The notes under the pieces were generated by a model. The model was not told where the DNA came from. It made no database searches and saw only the letters and a list, made by a program, of their open reading frames with translations. The translations under genes were made by a program, and so were the position numbers. From positions 19,851,040 through 19,892,273 of the forward strand of contig NC_068995.1 of NCBI RefSeq assembly GCF_001194135.2: a stretch of DNA of 41,234 nucleotides, in the 5' to 3' direction. Origin of the DNA: Octopus bimaculoides (taxonomy: Eukaryota). Below are positions 35,671-41,234 of the stretch, piece by piece; within the stretch, counting starts at the first letter, position 1; the number at the start of each line of letters is the position of its first letter.

Positions 35671-35760
35671 TTTAGGATTAGGATTTTGGGTTTGGGGTTT
35701 AGGGCCTAGAATTAGTGTTAGGGTATACAGATAAGGGTTTAGGATTAAGGTTTAGAGTTA
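35671..35760 (+). repeat. Degenerate TTAGGG-like tract
   Basis: ttagga ttagga tttggg tttggg tttaggg..ttaggg..ttagga ttaagg ttagag. Confidence 0.6.
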
Positions 35761-36307
35761 ATATTATAATCTAATTTAGCTTATGGATACGACTTTGCTG
35801 AGAAAAAATTTTTTTTTTAATAAATTTTGAGTTTCAAACTGATGTTTAGCTGAAATTTCAGAAGTTTGAATACTTTAAATACCTGGCATCACATTGTCTG
35901 CTTTTCTAAATGTACTTATTTTTTAAATAGTTCCAGCCGGCCAACCTGTCGTTTCGTTTTGTGTTTTAGCATAAATACAGTTTAGTGTTCTACCCCAGGC
36001 CAGGACATTTTCTCATCATAACATTTTTTAATAAAACATATTATAAACGCACAAAGAAATATCCGTGAGAGACATACATATCATGACCTGCAAGTCATGA
36101 GACCACGTACAACCCCGTAGTCAGGTTTTAGTAAATAATCATATTACACCTAAAAAGTTATGGTTGATAAATTAGAGCAAGCAGTTTCACCTTTATCAAT
36201 CCTAAGAGAACACCATTTTCGGTTATTATCAGAATGCATTAACTGATCAGATAAATTATTTATGGACCAAGGGTATAATTGTTTTGTTCTTATTACTATT
36301 AAAAGTT

Positions 36308-36346
<39 letters not shown>

Positions 36347-36463
36347 GTCATCATCATCATCATCATCATCATCGTTATCATCATCCTCCTCATCATCATC
36401 ATCGTCGTCGTCGTCGTCGTCGTCGTCATCATCGTCATCGTCATCTTTGTCGTCATCATCATC
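36308..36463. repeat. Compound (CAT)n/(CGT)n microsatellite
   Basis: Direct observation. Confidence 0.96.
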
Positions 36464-37082
36464 CTAGTAGGATAGTTTATTTGAAGAGCATCACTTCACG
36501 TATCTCTGATAATAACAAAGTAAAACATCTGGAAGACATTAACGTCAAGAAGCGAAACGCCCTCTCCAGGAAGAAACTCTTACGACATACACTTAACACT
36601 ACAGAAACACGAGCCAACGTGGAAGCGGCTACATGTCGTTCTTTTTAGGTTTTTTTCCCCGACTTTACAGAAATTCTATTTAAATCTTCTTCGAATCACA
36701 CCACACCCAACCACCTAATTAAAAGGAAGGGCATGTATAATACGGGATGGTCAAAGCTGGGTTGTCTTTGATCATAGATTTTTTCGATCAATGCATAAAT
36801 GGGGTTAAGCAACAGCAACTACGAAACTGAATCAATGAAGAAATCTCAGCGTGGTTCATGGATCTGCTTGCAACATCAGCCAAATGTCCTTCAAATTACA
36901 CATTATTTTCGTTCTTATAATAAGGAAAGGCATATTGAATAATATAATCTGAAAGTAGACTCTGCCTGATAGAAAAACGTGTGGTCGCGGTTGGAATATC
37001 TTTGATATAAGTCAACTGGAACAGACCAGGGCCTACCAACAGTATATTACATAATAATGAACCGATAGATTATACTTTACGG

Positions 37083-37300
37083 CAGTGGTTCCCAATCGGC
37101 ATCCATATGGCTTTTGTAGATTCATATAAGATTCTGTTGTTATAATTTATTCGCAATAAATTGGTTATACTTCTAAAATGAAGAAAATATTTTAACATTA
37201 TTTAAATTCTATTCCTGACAATATTTAATTATAAAAATATAATGGGATCTTTTAAAACTTCAAATGGCTATGGTGCTCCAGCTCCTCCCCACCCACCACG
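37083..37300 (+). mobile_element. Possible hAT-type MITE left end
   Basis: Begins CAGTGGTTCCCAA, a typical hAT/Charlie TIR start. No matching right TIR was found. Confidence 0.4.
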
Positions 37301-37459
37301 AAAAACAGAAGAAAAAAAACAAAAGAGGGGTATGACATTCAGTTGAACAAAACACAGTGCGAGACACGAAATGTACCGAGTACAGAGCTTGTACTTTATT
37401 TATCAAACCTGAAAGAATGAAAGACAAAACGACAAAATAGTTAGATGAAAGTACAAGCA

Positions 37460-37712
37460 TATCTCTATCTTCTATCTTAATCCTTTTTGCCCCTTGTGGA
37501 GCATAGGGCCTCAACAGTTATTTTCCACTTTTTGCAGTCATTAACGTGTTTCTTGACTGCTTCCCATGTCAGACTGGTGGTCCTGAGCTCGTCCAAAATG
37601 CTCCGCTTCCCTGTCTGCTTCGGGCGTCCTCGCTTCCTTTTCCCTGCGGGTTCCAGTCAAGTGCTTGTCGTGTCACATTTGAGGGTTCTTTTCGCAGTGT
37701 GTGTCCGATCTG
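37460..37712 (-). mobile_element. RTE-clade LINE 3' end, 5'-truncated
   Basis: Minus translation IGHTLRKEPSNVTRQALDWNPQGK/RKRGRPKQTGKRSILDEL..WEAVKK..WKITVEALCSTRGKKD* with one frameshift. Stop at 37477-37479, followed by a short-repeat tail (taagatagaagatagagat). Confidence 0.88.
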
Positions 37713-37721
37713 TCTTCATTA

Positions 37722-37845
37722 ATCTACCGGGTTCACTCACCAGGCTTTGGTTGAACGAGGCTATAAGGCTATAGTAGAAGACACTTAACCAAGATGCCAC
37801 GCAGTGGGACTGAACTCAGAACCAGCCGGTTGGGAAGCAAGCTTT
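37722..37845 (-). mobile_element. SINE family 1 head (box B region) abutting the RTE fragment
   Basis: gctatagtagaagacactt..gccacgcagtgggactgaac..gggaagcaagct. Confidence 0.8.
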
Positions 37846-37927
37846 ATTATATTATATCATATCATATCATGTTATATTATCATATTATATTATATTATAT
37901 TATATTATATTATATTGTTATATTATA
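37845..37927. repeat. (TATAT/TATCA)n pentanucleotide repeat
   Basis: Direct observation. Confidence 0.9.
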
Positions 37928-37954
37928 CATGAACACATTTTAAAAGTAGCTAGC

Positions 37955-38126
37955 GAGTCCTTACACATTTGCTCGACTTGCTAACAATAACGGCTAAATC
38001 CCCCTCAAGAAAATACACATGGCCATCTTATAACATATTAGTACATTGAATAATTTGATCCTGTGTGCACTGTACTGGTAAAAGATGGGAGGATCATGGA
38101 TGGAATGCCTTTGATCACTGGTCTAC
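37955..38126 (-). mobile_element. gatcaaaggcattcc family fragment
   Basis: Reverse complement similarity to 3095-3280. Confidence 0.55.
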
Positions 38127-38410
38127 TTCATTATGGTTGACCTGGGACTAAGGCAATAATAACAAAAACAACGCTGTGTTAAGATGTTATATCGTCTGTA
38201 AACAGGAAGCTCGGTTTCGAGAAGAAAGTAATTTGTATTAAGAGAAAGAAAAAAAAGAAGAACTGAGAAAGAGAAGAAGAAAAAAAACCACAAAGAGACA
38301 TCAGAAAGAGTGGAGCAATAAAAAAAAATAACATCAGGAATAAAGAGCCATAGCTGTGTGTTTAAGAAGCACGATATGTTGAACAAATGACTGCTGCTAC
38401 GGACACGTGT

Positions 38411-38446
<36 letters not shown>

Positions 38447-38879
38447 CTGTGTNNNNNNNNNNNNNNNNNNNNNNNNNNNNNNNNNNNNNNNNNNNNNNNN
38501 NNNNNNNNNNNNNNNNNNNNNNNNNNNNNNNNNNNNNNNNNNNNNNNNNNNNGAAGATGAAGGAAAGAACGAGACATAAAATATGAAGAGATGAAAGAGA
38601 GATGAAGAGATAATTGTATCAGATATTTTTGTGCCTCACACTAATAATAATTATCGAGAAAATGTTTCATCTAGTTACGCTTAGTAGCAAACTTAGTTTC
38701 ATCAGAACTACTTAAATATGTACATACAAATATACATACAAATATACATACACACATGCATTCATATGAACATAGATATATATACATACTTTCACACACA
38801 GACACACACACGCACACATACACACACATATATATATATATAAACTTCGAAGTCACTATTAACAATATTGAATAATACT

Positions 38880-39531
38880 TCAGTTTAGTATTGCTTTCAA
38901 ATTTTGGCACAAGGGCAGCATGTTAGCGGGGAGAGTAACTCTATTACATCGACCCCAGAGTTCAAATGGTATTTATTTTATCGACCACAGTAGGGTGAAA
39001 GGCAAAGTCGAAGACGGTAGAATTTGAAATTCGGTTTAATATTGGTTTCAAATTTTGGCTCAAGGCCAGCAGGCTTGGATGAAAGGCGACATCGATTACA
39101 TCAACCCCAATGTTCAACCAGTGCTTATTTTATTGACCCCACCCCTTTAAGAATGAAAGGCAANNNNNNNNNNTGTGTGTGTGTGTGAGTGAGTGAGTGT
39201 GTGAGAGAGAGAGAGAGTAAGTGTGTCTGTGTAAACTGGAGTTGTGTACATTATATCAAAATAACTTTAACATTCGATAAATAGTTATCGTTAAAATAAG
39301 TACTAGATATACATATTCTTTGCTACTCTAAGCACAAGGCCCGAAATTTTGGGGGAGCGAGGGGCCAGTCGATTAGATCAATCTCAGTAAACAACTGGTA
39401 CTTAATTATCGACGCCAAAAGGATGAAAGGCAAAGTTGACCTTAGCGAAATTTGAACTCAGAACGTAAAGAGAGACGAAATACCGCTAAGCATTTCGCCC
39501 GGCGTGCTAACATTTCTACCAGCTCACCGCC
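38880..39531 (-). mobile_element. Three tandem SINE family 2 copies (about 38880-39030, 39042-39163, 39315-39531)
   Basis: Repeated ggcacaagg..tcgatta..tcgacccc..gaaaggcaaag units. The third copy has a tRNA-like head (ggcggtgagctggtagaaatgttagc..gagttcaaatt). Confidence 0.85.
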
Positions 39532-39647
39532 ATACTAGACATGCATATTGGGATTGAAATAATTTTGTGAAGGCTCAGTGTGGCCAAAATCACATGACTG
39601 AAACCAATGCAAGAATAAATACATGCAACACACAAAACATCGCAGAA

Positions 39648-39679
<32 letters not shown>

Positions 39680-39697
39680 ATATATAANNNNNNNNNN

Positions 39698-39756
<59 letters not shown>

Positions 39757-39990
39757 ATGTATGTATGTATGTATGTGTGTCTGTGTTTGTCCCTCTCTCA
39801 CCCCCATCACTTGATAACCGATGTTGGTGTGCTTATGTTGCCGTAACCTAGCAGTTCGGCAAAACAAACTGATAGAATAAGTACTAGGCTTACAAAGAAT
39901 ATGTCCTGGAGTCAATTTGTTCGACTAAAGACGGTGCTTCAGTATGGCCGCAGTCAAGATGACTGAAGCATAGAAAAGAATAAAAGAATA
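39698..39990 (+). mobile_element. SINE family 1 3' half, sense orientation
   Basis: Reverse complement of 40001-40260. Confidence 0.85.
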
Positions 39991-40002
39991 TATATATATA
40001 TA

Positions 40003-40422
40003 TTCTTTTACTCTTTTACTCTTTTACTTGTTTCAGTCTTTCGACTGTGGCCATGCTGGAGCACCGCCTTTTAGTCGAGCAAATCGACCCCAGGACTTAT
40101 TCTTTAGAAGCCTAGTACTTATTCTATCGATCTCTTTTGCCGAACCGCTAAGTTACGGGGACATAAACACACCAGCATCGGTTGTCAAGCGATGTTGGGG
40201 GGACAAACACACACATACAAACATACACACACACATACATATATATATACATATATACGACGGGCTTCTTTCAGTTTCCGTCTACCAAATCCACTCACAA
40301 GGCTTTGGTCGGCCCGAGGCTATAGTAGAAGACACTTGCCCAAGATGCCGCGCAGTAGGACTGAACCCAGGACCATGTGGTTGGTAAGCTAGCTACTTAC
40401 CACACAGCCACTCCTACGCCTA
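40003..40422 (-). mobile_element. tRNA-derived SINE family 1, full length, young-looking
   Basis: Minus head aggcgtaggagtggctgtgtggtaag (box A) and gggttcagtcc (box B), with an (AGTAAAAG)n tail. Confidence 0.93.
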
Positions 40423-40652
40423 TGTATATATATATATTTGTTTTTTTTTTTCAGGAATAACAAGCTCTTCTATAGTTTTTGATGATGAGCTTTAAGTTGC
40501 ATGTTCAACTATCAACCTACTCATTAAATTAATGTGCAATTAGCTGATTATTCTACAGACATGTGTACCATTAATGTAAGCCATAAGTCGGATCATTGAA
40601 TTATAGATATAAACCATTAGACAAGCTTCCTCATACTATGCGTCTTTTGTAG

Positions 40653-40687
40653 TTTCACTCACAAGCGTTCGGTGGACACAAGTTACG
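40653..40687 (+). CDS. Candidate 35-nt exon (V)SLTSVRWTQVT
   Basis: Acceptor gtcttttgtag and strong donor ACG|gtaaga. The phase 1-to-0 reading joins 40835 in frame. Confidence 0.3.
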
Positions 40688-40834
40688 GTAAGAGCAGGAA
40701 TTCACACAGATATTACGATTGCAAATCCTACGTCTATAATTTGTTAGTCGTACCTGCATCCATAAATTTTCAGATATATTAAAAGTAGCGTTCCTTCTTA
40801 AGATAGTAGTTTGAAATGTGGCTGTTGTTTCTAG

Positions 40835-40964
40835 CAGATAAAACGTAAACATACAGGCCGATATCCCCAACTAGTCGCTCTTAATGTAGCTGTTGGTGAT
40901 GATGGTACACTTGACGTGCAAGAGATAGCAGCCAAATTACATTCTACTATCTTAGAAAGGAAGG
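40835..40964 (+). CDS. Candidate exon QIKRKHTGRYPQLVALNVAVGDDGTLDVQEIAAKLHSTILERK
   Basis: NAGNAG acceptor (ttgtttcTAG CAG), an in-frame stop just upstream, protein-like composition, and donors at AGG|gtattt (40964) or ATG|gtaatg (40974). Confidence 0.45.
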
Positions 40965-41234
40965 GTATTTCATGGTAATGTTGATGATGAAAAGTCAAGG
41001 TGATAAGTTATGGAGAAACTGAAGAACAAAAAGAGAAGAGATAAAAGATATGAGAATGGCTAGGTAAAAATGAAAGATTATAGAGAGATTGGCGAGAAGA
41101 TGAAGGAAAGAACGAGACATAAAATATGAAGAGATGAAAGAGAGATGAAGAGATAATTGTATCAGATATTTTTGTGCCTCACACTAATAATAATTATCGA
41201 GAAAATGTTTCATCTAGTTACGCTTAGTAGCAAA

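Noticed and set aside
35671-35760. True telomere or chromosome fusion site
   Set aside because: Short, highly degenerate, one orientation only and internal.
38655-38712. Minus-strand CUGAUGA..GAAA as a hammerhead
   Set aside because: Stem II is poor, and stems I and III cannot be formed.
40330-40422. tRNA gene
   Set aside because: Box A/B are present, but the sequence continues into a SINE body found in many decayed copies and no complete cloverleaf is evident.
1-41234. Most ORFs in the supplied track (VCVC, YIYI, HTHT, MYVC, poly-X)
   Set aside because: They are translations of dinucleotide/tetranucleotide microsatellites or N gaps, which lack stops by construction.
1-41234. CRISPR array, rRNA or prokaryotic operons
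   Set aside because: No equal-length repeat-spacer units or rRNA-like sequence; the DNA is clearly eukaryotic and repeat-rich.

Overview
AT-rich eukaryotic genomic DNA with nine N gaps (382-675, 2146-2559, 9772-10417, 11535-11794, 13553-13620, 16805-16814, 38453-38552, 39164-39173, 39688-39697). It is dominated by microsatellites and interspersed repeats. The SINE families resemble those I recall from Octopus (coleoid cephalopod); this is inference, not a database result. Almost all supplied ORFs are microsatellite or gap artefacts. Well-supported content: many copies of at least four SINE-like families, two decayed Tc1/mariner transposase fragments, an RTE-clade LINE 3' end, and a probable LINE remnant at 19.0-19.6 kb. 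The most notable unexplained signals are: (1) five hammerhead-ribozyme-like motifs, one with an intact minimal core (25078-25117, minus) and two sharing an unusual long stem II insert, in Penelope/retrozyme-like repeats; (2) several long fold-back (dsRNA-forming) structures built from transposon or SINE pieces; (3) a tRNA-SINE head fused to an RTE 3' end; (4) a palindrome-rich candidate promoter at 14.4-14.8 kb followed by phase-compatible short exon candidates. All gene models are low confidence and were read by eye. No rRNA, true tRNA or CRISPR array is supported.
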